This document shows positions 30,294 through 40,205 of a stretch of 64,000 bases of DNA, one piece after another. The translations under genes and the position numbers were made by a program. The first letter of the stretch is position 1. Each line of letters begins with the position of its first letter. Below the pieces are notes generated by a model. That model was not told where the DNA came from, made no database searches, and was given only the letters and a program-made list of their open reading frames with translations. Source of the DNA: an uncultured Desulfospira sp. (GTDB lineage Bacteria > Desulfobacterota > Desulfobacteria > Desulfobacterales > Desulfobacteraceae); contig OY760175.1 of NCBI GenBank assembly GCA_963663165.1, positions 5,984,001-6,048,000 of the forward strand. The letters are read 5' to 3'.

Positions 30294-32078
30294 ATGACTC
30301 TAAAAAAATTTCATATCAGCCTCATGGGCAGCCGGTGGATCATCATCCTGTTCTGGGTGATGTTTCTGCTGCCGGCGGTTCTCCTGGCAGCCGGTGCCTT
30401 CAAGCTGCTGCTCATGGAACAGGACCGGATTGTCCAAAGGTCGGCCGATGCCCTGGCCGACCGGGCTGCGGCGGCTTGTGAAAGCTTTCATTTTACCATT
30501 GAGGCCATTGAGGCCAACATGACCCGGTCCCTGACCGGCATTGACCCGGACCGCTTAGAGCAGACCCTGGCCCTGTGGGAGGCACAAAACCCCCTGGTGC
30601 GCAACGTGTTTGTCTATCACCCCGGCAAAGGGCTTGAATACCCGGTGTCCGGAATGGCCGCGACGTCAGAGGAACGGCAGTTTGCAGCACGGTATGCCCC
30701 GCTGTTTTCAGGAAAGATTCCCTTTGAGTTTAACAGCCGTACCGGGGAAACCCGGTTAACCGGCCCCGGGCTTGCCCAAAAAGGAGAAAACGGAATGGCC
30801 CAGCTTGAAAGAAGCGATCAGACACAAACGTCTTCAAAACGATCCCTGGTCGCTCTTTCAAAGGCCGTTGAAAATCAGAAGATAATGGAAACCGGGGTTT
30901 CCCGGTCCCAGTCGGAAAACCCCTTGTCCGGCTGGGTTCCCTGGTTCAGTGAAAATCGGCTTTATATTTTGGGGTGGGTGAGGCTTGCCGGGCAGGAACC
31001 CGCCAGCGGACCCGCCAACGAAACCGTTTACGGCGTGGAACTGGAATGGATGACCATTTTATCCCGGCTGATTACGGATTTCCCCAAAGTTGACCAGGAC
31101 GGGGCCGCCCTGGTTCTCATGGACAGTTTCGGGAACACCATACACCAGACAGGCCCTCTGGAGCTGCCGCCTTCCCTGAATCCGGTCAGGGAAATTCCGG
31201 TCTCCCGGTTGATTCCCCACTGGCACATGGCGGTTTTTCTTGACCCGGGAAAGGCCGGGACCCAACGGCAGTTTATGGCCCTGTCCCTGACCCTGGTGGG
31301 AATTTTGTTGACCGCCATCATCAGTGCCGGAATTCTGGTCACCCGGATGACCCTGGAAAAGATCAAAGATGCCCGGCAGAAAACCTCTTTTGTCTCCTCG
31401 GTTTCCCATGAGCTCAAAACCCCTTTGACCAGCATCCGCATGTATGCCGAGCTTCTGCTGTATAAGCGGACAACCAGTGAAGACAAGCAGCACAAATACT
31501 TGTCTGTGATTGTGGATGAAAGCTCCCGGCTGACCCGGCTGATCAATAATGTCCTGGATTTCAGCCGGCTGGAGCAGGGGAGAAAGAACTATCAGCGAAA
31601 GCCTCTGGACCTTTCGGTCTGGTTAAGGCAGTTCATATCGGTCCATGCCGTCCGGATTGAAAAATGCGGTCTTAAAATTTTAACCCGGATCAGTGACGGC
31701 CGGTATGGGGTCAACACGGACCAGGATGCCCTTGAACAGGTGGTCTTGAACCTGGTGGACAATGCCCTTAAATATGCGGGCAAGGGCCGGTTTATCAAGT
31801 TTTGCCTTAAGAAAGACCAAAACCATATCCAGCTCATGGTGCAGGACGACGGCCCGGGCATTGAAACGGCGCACCGGGAACGGATTTTCGAAAAATTTTA
31901 CAGGGCCGATAATTCATTAACCGCGGCCCAGCCCGGATCAGGCTTAGGACTGAGCATTGCCCGGCAGATCATGGCGGATCTTGGGGGAGATCTGTCCCTG
32001 TTGCCGGAATCCGGGCATGGGGCCTCTTTTGTCATAAGGATAAAAGCCGATGAAACCGATTCATATTCTGGTGGCTGA
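30294..32078 (+). CDS. Sensor histidine kinase
   Basis: Two TM helices; VSHELKTPLTSI, NLVDNALKY, DDGPG, GSGLGL. Confidence 0.92.
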   Translation: MTLKKFHISLMGSRWIIILFWVMFLLPAVLLAAGAFKLLLMEQDRIVQRSADALADRAAAACESFHFTIEAIEANMTRSLTGIDPDRLEQTLALWEAQNPLVRNVFVYHPGKGLEYPVSGMAATSEERQFAARYAPLFSGKIPFEFNSRTGETRLTGPGLAQKGENGMAQLERSDQTQTSSKRSLVALSKAVENQKIMETGVSRSQSENPLSGWVPWFSENRLYILGWVRLAGQEPASGPANETVYGVELEWMTILSRLITDFPKVDQDGAALVLMDSFGNTIHQTGPLELPPSLNPVREIPVSRLIPHWHMAVFLDPGKAGTQRQFMALSLTLVGILLTAIISAGILVTRMTLEKIKDARQKTSFVSSVSHELKTPLTSIRMYAELLLYKRTTSEDKQHKYLSVIVDESSRLTRLINNVLDFSRLEQGRKNYQRKPLDLSVWLRQFISVHAVRIEKCGLKILTRISDGRYGVNTDQDALEQVVLNLVDNALKYAGKGRFIKFCLKKDQNHIQLMVQDDGPGIETAHRERIFEKFYRADNSLTAAQPGSGLGLSIARQIMADLGGDLSLLPESGHGASFVIRIKADETDSYSGG

Positions 32079-32745
32079 AGATGATCCCCATATCCGGATG
32101 GGGCTTGTGGACACCCTGGAAAGCGAGAATTACCAGGTTACCCAGGCAGAAAATGGTTGCAAGGCCCTGGTGCTGTTTCAACAACAGGCCTTTGACCTGG
32201 TGATCCTGGATATCATGATGCCGGAAAAAAGCGGGTATGATGTCTGCCGGGAAATCCGGCGGCAGGACCGGCTGACCCCTGTGATCATGCTCACGGCCAA
32301 GGGAGAGGAAATCGACAAGGTGGTGGGCCTGGAACTTGGGGCCGATGACTATGTCACCAAGCCTTTTGGGATTTATGAATTACTGGCCAGGATCAGCGCG
32401 GTGCTTCGCCGCTCCCGCCGGACAGACCAAACCGATCAATCCGGCAGCCCGTTCAGGTTCGGAGCGTTTGAGGTCAACCCCAAAACCTTTAAGCTTTCAG
32501 GAGACGGCAACAGCCAGGACCTGTCGGAACGGGAGGTGAACCTGCTCCGGCTTTTCCATGGCCACCCCGGCGAGGTCCTCAGCCGGGACGCCATTCTCAA
32601 TGCGGTATGGGGGATCGAATACCTGGGCACCACCCGGACCCTGGACCAGCATATTGCCAAACTGCGCAAAAAACTTAAGACCAGTGACGCTGCTTCGGAT
32701 CTGATTGCCACAGTGCATGGGGTGGGGTACCGGTATGAAACTTGA
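32050..32745 (+). CDS. OmpR/PhoB family response regulator
   Basis: Receiver domain LDIMMP, GADDYVTKPF; wHTH RTLDQHIAKLRKKL...TVHGVGY. Confidence 0.93.
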   Translation: MKPIHILVAEDDPHIRMGLVDTLESENYQVTQAENGCKALVLFQQQAFDLVILDIMMPEKSGYDVCREIRRQDRLTPVIMLTAKGEEIDKVVGLELGADDYVTKPFGIYELLARISAVLRRSRRTDQTDQSGSPFRFGAFEVNPKTFKLSGDGNSQDLSEREVNLLRLFHGHPGEVLSRDAILNAVWGIEYLGTTRTLDQHIAKLRKKLKTSDAASDLIATVHGVGYRYET

Positions 32746-32759
32746 GAGGAGAGGGGGCT

Positions 32760-33959
32760 ATGAGTGACTACAGGCAGATCATCCCGACCAAAGAGCTTGA
32801 AAACCGAATCAAGGCCTTTCAGCAGAAAATGGCGGACCAGGGACTGGACGGGGCCTTGATCCTTCAGAAATCGGATCTTTTCTACTTCTCGGGCACCACC
32901 CAGGCCGGGTGCCTTTATATCCCGGCGGACCATACGCCCCTGTTCATGGTGTTTAAAAATTTTGACCGGGCCGTGGCCGAATCCGGGCTTGACCGGATGG
33001 TTCCCCTGAAAGGGCCTAAACGGATTCCGGACCTCATCCGGGGCAGCAATTATAATCTTCCCCAACGGCTTGGCATGGAGCTGGACATCCTTCCGGCAGA
33101 CCAGTACCTGATGTACCTGAAAATCTTTAAAACCTCGGAACTCGAGGATGTGTCGGCCCTGATCCGGCTTCAGCGGGCCGTAAAATCCGAATTTGAGATC
33201 GACTGTATCAAAAAGGCCTCGGCCCTGGCCGATGAGGTATCCCGGAAAGCCGGTGAGTTCATCCGGGAAGGCATGCCGGAAATTGAACTGGCCGCCCTGG
33301 TGGAGGCCCATGCCCGGAAACTGGGCCACCAGGGCCTGGTTCCCATGCGGATCTGGAATACGGATATTTTTTACGGCCATATCATGAGCGGCCCGTCGGC
33401 GGCCGTGCCCGGCTGTCTGGCGTCCCCGACCTGCGGCCCCGGCCTTAACCCGTTTATCGGACAGGGCCCGGGATTCAGCCCCATCAAAGCCGGGGAACCG
33501 ATCCTGGTGGATTATGTGTTTGCCCTTAACGGGTACTTAAGCGACCAGGCCCGGATTTTTTCCATAGGCCCCTTGCCCGAAGACCTGGTAAAGGCCCATG
33601 AAGACATGCTCGCCCTGCAGGGGGCGGCCATGAAGAAAGCCATTCCCGGATTGGCTGCCGGGGATTTGTATGAGTTCATGGTTCAGATGGCGGGTGACAT
33701 GGGGTATGCCGATTATTTCATGGGCGGGGCAGAACCCCGGATCCGGTTTACCGGGCATGGGCTGGGCATAGAACTGGATGAGTTCCCGTTTATCGCCAAA
33801 GGCCAGACCCTTGCCCTGGAACCCGGCATGATCGTGGCCCTTGAACCTAAGGTGGTGATTCCCGGAAAAGGGGTGGTGGGCATTGAGAACACCTTTCTGG
33901 TGACCAAAACCGGGCTTCAATCCTTAACCCGGCTTTCAGATGACCTTAAGGTGATTTAA
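32760..33959 (+). CDS. Xaa-Pro peptidase (M24) family protein
   Basis: RAVKSEFE, GYLSDQAR, GHGLG, ALEPK and GIENT metal-binding motifs. Confidence 0.9.
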   Translation: MSDYRQIIPTKELENRIKAFQQKMADQGLDGALILQKSDLFYFSGTTQAGCLYIPADHTPLFMVFKNFDRAVAESGLDRMVPLKGPKRIPDLIRGSNYNLPQRLGMELDILPADQYLMYLKIFKTSELEDVSALIRLQRAVKSEFEIDCIKKASALADEVSRKAGEFIREGMPEIELAALVEAHARKLGHQGLVPMRIWNTDIFYGHIMSGPSAAVPGCLASPTCGPGLNPFIGQGPGFSPIKAGEPILVDYVFALNGYLSDQARIFSIGPLPEDLVKAHEDMLALQGAAMKKAIPGLAAGDLYEFMVQMAGDMGYADYFMGGAEPRIRFTGHGLGIELDEFPFIAKGQTLALEPGMIVALEPKVVIPGKGVVGIENTFLVTKTGLQSLTRLSDDLKVI

Positions 33960-33972
33960 AAGGGACAGCACC

Positions 33973-34830
33973 ATGAATTTTAAAAGCAAAAAGGCCGGCC
34001 GGCCCATCAGTGAGGATGCCTTTGCCCGGGCCGCTGAGGATCTTGATTGCGATATCGCCGCGATCAAGGCCGTGGCCGGGGTGGAATCTTCGGGAGACGG
34101 TTTTCTGGCAGACGGCCGTCCCAAAATTCTTTTTGAACGGCACAAATTTCAAAAGTTCACCCGGGGCCGGTACAATGACAGTGATCCGGATATCAGCGGG
34201 CCGCCGGGAAATTATCAGGGCGGGGCCAAAGAATATATAAAACTTGAAAAGGCCATGGCACTGGACCGTGAAGCCGCGCTCATGTCGGCTTCCTGGGGAA
34301 AATTTCAGATTATGGGGTTTAACCACAAGGTCTGCGGCTTTACCGAAGTTGCGGGGTTTGTCAGGGCCATGGTGGAATCCGAAGACCGGCACCTTGAGGC
34401 CTTTGTCTGCTTTGTGAAAGGCAGCCGGATGGACCGGTATCTCAGGGACCGGGACTGGGCCGGTTTCGCCAAAGGGTACAACGGCCCCGGATTCCGGAAA
34501 CACAATTACCACCTTAAAATGGCAAAAGCGTATGACCGGTATGCTCAAGAGCCGTTGCCGGCCGTACCGCCAACAGAACCCGCCCCTGAGATGCCGCCGG
34601 AGTTTAAAATTGAATCTGTCCGGGACCTTCAAATGGCACTGGCGGCCCTCGGGATGTCGCCCGGGCCTGTTGACAACCGGATGGGCCCCAAAACAAAATC
34701 GGCCATCCGGGCCTTCCAGCGCTTTGCACACCTGCCCGAGACCGGAGAATTTGACCTTTGTCTTAAATCAGCTGTCCAGGCGGCTTATTATATGCTCAAA
34801 CGGTTTAATCCTCGGGAAAACGCCATGTGA
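33973..34830 (+). CDS. N-acetylmuramidase (DUF3380) family protein with C-terminal peptidoglycan-binding domain
   Basis: VESSG, ILFERH, SASWGKFQIMGFN, FAKGYNGP; PG_binding-like LQMALAALG..GPVDNRMGPKT..AIRAFQ. Confidence 0.88.
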   Translation: MNFKSKKAGRPISEDAFARAAEDLDCDIAAIKAVAGVESSGDGFLADGRPKILFERHKFQKFTRGRYNDSDPDISGPPGNYQGGAKEYIKLEKAMALDREAALMSASWGKFQIMGFNHKVCGFTEVAGFVRAMVESEDRHLEAFVCFVKGSRMDRYLRDRDWAGFAKGYNGPGFRKHNYHLKMAKAYDRYAQEPLPAVPPTEPAPEMPPEFKIESVRDLQMALAALGMSPGPVDNRMGPKTKSAIRAFQRFAHLPETGEFDLCLKSAVQAAYYMLKRFNPRENAM

Positions 34831-34932
34831 TCTGCTTGCCGGGGACTTCAATTATGCCTGAAGCGTTCATGAAAAAGCCGGTTCTAAAAGGGTGAATGGG
34901 TTTATGTCCTGTTGCGCCGGGGGAGGGAATAA

Positions 34933-36234
34933 TTATTTTGTGAGGTGGGCTGCATACAGCTGAACCGGGTGGACAACCCTTATATCGTCCCGGCTTTGGC
35001 CCAGCATATCCCTGATTTGCAGGATACAGGCAGGACAGCCTGAAGCAACGGTCCGGCACCCGGTATCCAGAATGTTCTGTGCCTTGACAGAGCCGATTTC
35101 AGAGGAAATTTCATGATAGAAAAGGCTGAAGCTGCCGCCCATGCCGCAGCATTTGTCCGGATCTGCCATCTCTTTTAACGGGTGGCCTGAGGCCCTGATC
35201 AGGGCCCTTGGCTGGGCGGCGACCCCTAAGGATTTTTTCAGGTGGCAGGGGTCGTGAACGGTCACGGCCGGCTGTTCTTCACCGGGATGAGCCGGTGCCG
35301 AAACCTTAAGCACATCAATGAAAAACTGGTTTATATCCAGTGTTTTATCGGCAAGATCGCTTACATATTCTCGTTCACCGGAGCAGCCGTCAAACATGGC
35401 CGGCCATAATTTTTTGATGGTGACCGTACAGGTGGCGCAGGCCGTCACCAGATAATCAAACCGGTGCTGCTGGAAAAGCCGGATATGGTGCCCTACCAGC
35501 TGGTTAAAGGATTTCGGGTCTCCTGCAGAAAGGGCCGGGATACCGCAGCAGCCCTGGGGCTCAGGAATTATCAGATTGACCTTATGGTGGGACATGGCTT
35601 TGACCACGGCATGGCCGATGTCCGGCATGAGCTTGTCAATGAGGCAGCCGGTGAAAAAAAGGACCCGTGGCCCGGCACGGCTGTTTTCATTACAGGCGGC
35701 AGCGTTATCACAACCGTGGAAAGGGATTTTGGCCAGAAACGGAACATGGCGGCCGGAAAGCAGGGAAGACCTGAACCGGGCACAGGAGGTTTCCGGGGCA
35801 AAGCCGTCCTGTTTTACCACCAGCCCTTGAACCTTTTCCGCCAGGCCAGCCACTTTGTTGAACCGTTCCGGATTGGAAAGCACCTGTCTTAACGCCAGTT
35901 TTTTAGGGCCTGAAAGCCCGGAATATTCAGCAAGGATGGTCCGGGCACGGATAAAAATATCCGTCACTTCTACGCCGGAAGGGCATCGGGCCGCGCAGGA
36001 ACCGCACAACAGGCATTTGTTGAGCCGGTCCGCCACCCCTTTGGGATCATCGAACATTTTTGCCATTAATCCCGACAACAGGGCTAATTTCCCCCGGGCC
36101 ACATCGGCTTCCCGTCCGGTCTGCTCGAACAGGGGGCAGACCGACTGGCACATGCCGCACCGCATGCACCGGGAAAGCTTTCCTTCCAGTTTTTTGACCC
36201 GGGCGGCCAGGGCGCTGATGTCATTTCTGGGCAT
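34933..36234 (-). CDS. GlcF-like (Fe-S)-binding protein with two CCG domains
   Basis: CMRCGMCQSVCP, CLLCGSCAARCP, CCGIP, HDPCHL, CCGMGG and CPAC motifs. Confidence 0.88.
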   Translation of the reverse strand: MPRNDISALAARVKKLEGKLSRCMRCGMCQSVCPLFEQTGREADVARGKLALLSGLMAKMFDDPKGVADRLNKCLLCGSCAARCPSGVEVTDIFIRARTILAEYSGLSGPKKLALRQVLSNPERFNKVAGLAEKVQGLVVKQDGFAPETSCARFRSSLLSGRHVPFLAKIPFHGCDNAAACNENSRAGPRVLFFTGCLIDKLMPDIGHAVVKAMSHHKVNLIIPEPQGCCGIPALSAGDPKSFNQLVGHHIRLFQQHRFDYLVTACATCTVTIKKLWPAMFDGCSGEREYVSDLADKTLDINQFFIDVLKVSAPAHPGEEQPAVTVHDPCHLKKSLGVAAQPRALIRASGHPLKEMADPDKCCGMGGSFSLFYHEISSEIGSVKAQNILDTGCRTVASGCPACILQIRDMLGQSRDDIRVVHPVQLYAAHLTK

Positions 36235-37402
36235 TTAACTGCTCGGCACCGGCCGCGGCACTGGCTTCAAACTGCTGGATCAGGGTATTGAGATTGGCCT
36301 TGAGCTTGTCTTCATACTCAGCCTGGCCTGCCTTGCCGATGTCGATCTGCCGCATTCTTTCTTTTTTTTCTTTTAAAATGTCCACGGCTGAAAGGGGCGG
36401 GACGCCCCTGAGGACTTTATCGTAGAATTCCGGGACAAATAATTCGTTTTCCCCATAGGTCCGGTCATAGATGCTTTCGTATTCCACACCAAAATAGGTG
36501 TTGCCGGCAGACAGGATGAACTTTATGGTTTGATCCAGGGTCTTTTCAATGGGCTGGTATTTGACCTTGAGGACCTTGTTTCTGAAAAACTTTATTTTAT
36601 TGGTCAGCCGGGTCTCCTGATGAAATTTATGGAGATTTTCCAGTTTCTTTAAGTCTTCGAGCAGGTCCTTGCATTCGAACAGATCCGCATCCCATATCCC
36701 GGCCTTCAGGCGGTTCAGCCGGTTGACGATTTTGACCAGATAGTTTTTTTTATACCCGATCAGGTATTGGTTGAATTTGGCCCGGACCGTATATTTGTTT
36801 TTCAGTTTGACACCAACCTTGCGAAGGTTTTCAAAGGCTTCCCCGATCTCATCTAACCGGTTGGTGTCAATGATGGCTTCAGCCTTTTCCATCAGGTGAA
36901 TAAATCCCTTGATTTCGTTGTCTTCAAACATATTGATGATATCGGCCTTTTCCCTGAGCCGGCCGATAATGGTTTTGAGCTTTACGTTTAAAATTCCCGA
37001 TGTCCGAAGATGCCGGTCTTCCCGGATCTGGTCGGCGGCGGTTAAAAGGGCCTCGCACTGTTGTGTGATATAGGCCTTATCCCCGCTTTTGAGGGCATCT
37101 TTGGCGCTTTTTACAAAAAGGTCATTCAAGAACCCTGCCGTTTCGTGAATATGGGGCACCTGTTTTAAGGGGAGATTGGATTTGATAATCTGCTGTTCAA
37201 GGTCGGACAGAAGGGATAAAATCCTTATGCAGGCGGTAATCTGATCGCCCTTGATGGGCCCGAGGGAGACCAGCTTTCCCATGGTTTCTGAAATCATCTG
37301 AAAGGTTTTCAGGTTGTGGCCGGAATCCCCTTTTTTAACAGAAGTCTTTGCAGAAGATGTCAGTTTGGCTATTGCCCGGGTTATGGTATCAGATTTGTCC
37401 AA
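36221..37402 (-). CDS. Hypothetical protein (helical, Lys-rich)
   Basis: 393 aa ORF with TTG start; overlaps the start of the GlcF-like gene; no recognised motif. Confidence 0.7.
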   Translation of the reverse strand: MDKSDTITRAIAKLTSSAKTSVKKGDSGHNLKTFQMISETMGKLVSLGPIKGDQITACIRILSLLSDLEQQIIKSNLPLKQVPHIHETAGFLNDLFVKSAKDALKSGDKAYITQQCEALLTAADQIREDRHLRTSGILNVKLKTIIGRLREKADIINMFEDNEIKGFIHLMEKAEAIIDTNRLDEIGEAFENLRKVGVKLKNKYTVRAKFNQYLIGYKKNYLVKIVNRLNRLKAGIWDADLFECKDLLEDLKKLENLHKFHQETRLTNKIKFFRNKVLKVKYQPIEKTLDQTIKFILSAGNTYFGVEYESIYDRTYGENELFVPEFYDKVLRGVPPLSAVDILKEKKERMRQIDIGKAGQAEYEDKLKANLNTLIQQFEASAAAGAEQLNAQK

Positions 37403-37535
37403 AGCCGCGCTTCCTGGTATCTGGTTTTCATCAATTAATCACAGCAAAACAACAAATTATATAACTAAAAATACCCATTATCAACCAGTATAAATTTACC
37501 CGGCAGGGAAACCGTTTTTATTATTAGAACTTTTC

Positions 37536-37590
37536 CGGGGTCGGGATCGGCATCGGCATCGAAAAAAGGGGTTATTTCGATCCCGGCCCG
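37536..37590. repeat. Short hexamer-repeat hairpin element
   Basis: CGGGGTCGGGATCGGCATCGGCATCGAAA...TTTCGATCCCGGCCCG. Confidence 0.55.
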
Positions 37591-37790
37591 ATAGTAAAAG
37601 TGAGGCTAAGCGGCAGATAAAGCCGATACTTTGTGTGTTTTTCTCCTCAATTCCATTTGGATTAATTTAAACTTGAGGTAATATTAATCTTGAGTTAACT
37701 TTAAGGCCAAGCCGCCGTCGGGCTGGATCTGAGCTGGAAATGACGGGATTCTTATTTTCTAAATCGCTAATTGTGAAAGGGGATTTTTCA

Positions 37791-39977
37791 ATGGGAACGA
37801 AACAGGTGTTATCGTACGGACTGGTGATGCTGTTGATCGGTCTGCTCTTTGCCTGCAATGGGGGAGGGGGGGATTCATCCGGTGCCGGGTCTTCCGGGAC
37901 CACGGTTAGCGGGGTTGCCTCCAAAGGGCTGATTTCCGGGGGAACTGTAGAAGTTTACGCCATTACAGACGATGGTCAAAAGGGAAGCTTGCTGGCCACC
38001 ACCACCACGGACAGCGATGGAAATTACACCATAGAGGCCGAGATCGACGGCCCTATTCTGATCGAGGTGTCTGGCGGAACCTACACCGATGAGGCGACCG
38101 GGCAGGAAATACAGCTTTCCGGGACCCTGCGCGCGGTGGTCCCGTCGTCATCTGAAGAAAAGACCGTTGCGGTCACCCCGCTGACGGAACTGGCCACCCG
38201 CATTGCCGAAACCACCGGCAAAATGGATGACACCAGTATTGAAAGCGCCAATAATTATATTTCGCAACTCATCGGCGTTGATATTATCGAAACATTGCCA
38301 ACAAACTGCAATGACGCCGACGAGTTTGGGGCTGCGGATGCTTCAGCACAGAATTATGCCCTGTTTTTGGCGGCCCTGTCCCAGATGGCTGAATCAGGCA
38401 ACCAGGACATATCCGATATCATAGATGAATTTGAAGATGATTTGTCCGATGCCTCACTGGACAGTGTGGCAGATGACCTGCTTGCCGCTCTGGACGATTT
38501 TATTGACAGCGACCAGAATCAGACCGGTGTAGATGATGCATCTGACCTGGCAGCGATCGTTGAAGATGTGGTTGATAACGGTTTTGAAGTGGCCTATGCC
38601 ATCAGTTCAGCGTGGCTGCAATACCGGACATATGGGAACGCCGATAATAATGCGTACCGGTTCTGTTTCGCTGTGACCAAAAACGGTCTGCCCATTGAGG
38701 CCGAGGAAATTGACACCCTCACCATCACCGATGAAGACGGGAATCAACTGGACATTCTGAGCAGCGGCTTTTACTCGGGAGCCTACTATAATTATGACCG
38801 TACCGGCACATCCGATACCTTATCCGTCGCGGTTAAGGACAGCATCGTATCTGGGCGGTTGGAGACCATCCCTGCCGGAACCTGTCAGGTTGAGATTGTC
38901 ATGGCCAATGGCGACACCTTGACCAAGTCAATCCCCTATAGCGGCCAGCTGGTCCTGCCGGCCATAGACAGCGCCACCATGCAGTCTGAATGGTCTGATG
39001 ATGATCTGGTCCTCACCTGGACCAATCCCACCGAAGAGGACAACTGGTCAAGGGTCGACATTCTCAGGGTGGTCCTGCTGGATGCAGATGAAAAAGAGCT
39101 GCTCAACATAAACCTTGATGCAACGGCACAGACCGTTACCATCCCGGCTTCGGTTATAGAGACCATTTCATCACTGAGAAGTACCGGCGTCACGTCCTGG
39201 CTGATTCAGGCAAAGGCCTACGACGAAAATGAAATGAATTATGCGCGCAGTGTGTCCAACCCTGTTCCGACGTTCTATTCCATTGGTTACACATTCTTGC
39301 AGTACCGGACATTCGAAGATGGCGGGTCGTCCTATCCGTACCGCCTCTGGATGCAGGTCTATACCAATGGGGAAAGTGCCGAAGATGGTGATTTTTACAA
39401 TTTAACCATCTATGACTCCGATGGGAATGACGTCACACCGGCCAGTCCCCCCGGATTTGAGGTGGATGACCTGGACTATCCGGTATGCGATTGCCTGTCC
39501 GGGACCTGCTCATGGAGCGCCTCAGGTGCGGATAATGGTTTTTTTGCAAAATTTTCAGACCTTCCTGCAGACGATTACACACTCACGGTTGACTGCGCTG
39601 ACGGCACCTTGGCAACCAGAATCGATTTCCCGGGAGCGGTTGCCCTTCCGGTGATCGCCAGCAGTTCCGTTACGGTTCATGATACAGCGGATGACGAGGA
39701 CGGGAAGGTCACCTGGACCAATCCCACAGATGAAGACAATTGGTCAGAAGTTGATGAAATCCGTTTGTTTTTCTCGGATTCTGACGGGAATACGGTTTTG
39801 ATGGTAAAGGTCAGCCCTGATGCGGAATCGGTTACCATTCCCATTGATGCCATTAACGAAGCTGAGGCCTTGACTTCCGGGGATATTACCACGCTGCAGA
39901 TACAGACCCGGGCATATGATGAAAACAATATGCAATATGCCCGAGGGGTTTCCAGCGATGTTACGTTTGATGATTAA
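37791..39977 (+). CDS. Acidic surface lipoprotein with two internal ~230 aa repeats
   Basis: Lipobox LFAC followed by a G/S linker; duplicated LQYRT...WTNPT..DNWS.VD...AYDEN.M.YAR. Confidence 0.8.
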   Translation: MGTKQVLSYGLVMLLIGLLFACNGGGGDSSGAGSSGTTVSGVASKGLISGGTVEVYAITDDGQKGSLLATTTTDSDGNYTIEAEIDGPILIEVSGGTYTDEATGQEIQLSGTLRAVVPSSSEEKTVAVTPLTELATRIAETTGKMDDTSIESANNYISQLIGVDIIETLPTNCNDADEFGAADASAQNYALFLAALSQMAESGNQDISDIIDEFEDDLSDASLDSVADDLLAALDDFIDSDQNQTGVDDASDLAAIVEDVVDNGFEVAYAISSAWLQYRTYGNADNNAYRFCFAVTKNGLPIEAEEIDTLTITDEDGNQLDILSSGFYSGAYYNYDRTGTSDTLSVAVKDSIVSGRLETIPAGTCQVEIVMANGDTLTKSIPYSGQLVLPAIDSATMQSEWSDDDLVLTWTNPTEEDNWSRVDILRVVLLDADEKELLNINLDATAQTVTIPASVIETISSLRSTGVTSWLIQAKAYDENEMNYARSVSNPVPTFYSIGYTFLQYRTFEDGGSSYPYRLWMQVYTNGESAEDGDFYNLTIYDSDGNDVTPASPPGFEVDDLDYPVCDCLSGTCSWSASGADNGFFAKFSDLPADDYTLTVDCADGTLATRIDFPGAVALPVIASSSVTVHDTADDEDGKVTWTNPTDEDNWSEVDEIRLFFSDSDGNTVLMVKVSPDAESVTIPIDAINEAEALTSGDITTLQIQTRAYDENNMQYARGVSSDVTFDD

Positions 39978-40022
39978 CCGGTATTGTTGAGGCTATGGGG
40001 GCGACTTGCCCCTAAGGATTAA

Positions 40023-40062
40023 AGGTTACACCCAATGGATTTAAGGCCATTGGGTGTAACCT
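40023..40062. terminator. Hairpin between convergent genes
   Basis: Perfect 16 bp inverted repeat AGGTTACACCCAATGG/CCATTGGGTGTAACCT. Confidence 0.65.
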
Positions 40063-40205
40063 GATCTTTGAAAGAGAAGGGTGCTGTCACAGCCGAATGT
40101 TATTCTCCGGGTTGCGGCAGGGCCGATGGCAGCGGATATACAGGGCAGCAACCCCCCACACCGTTATGCCGCTGTGCCGTTCTTTCTATAGCGGTGAACG
40201 GCAGA

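Noticed and set aside
33973..34830. Prophage around the muramidase
   Set aside because: The flanking genes are a peptidase and an Fe-S protein; no structural, terminase or holin genes
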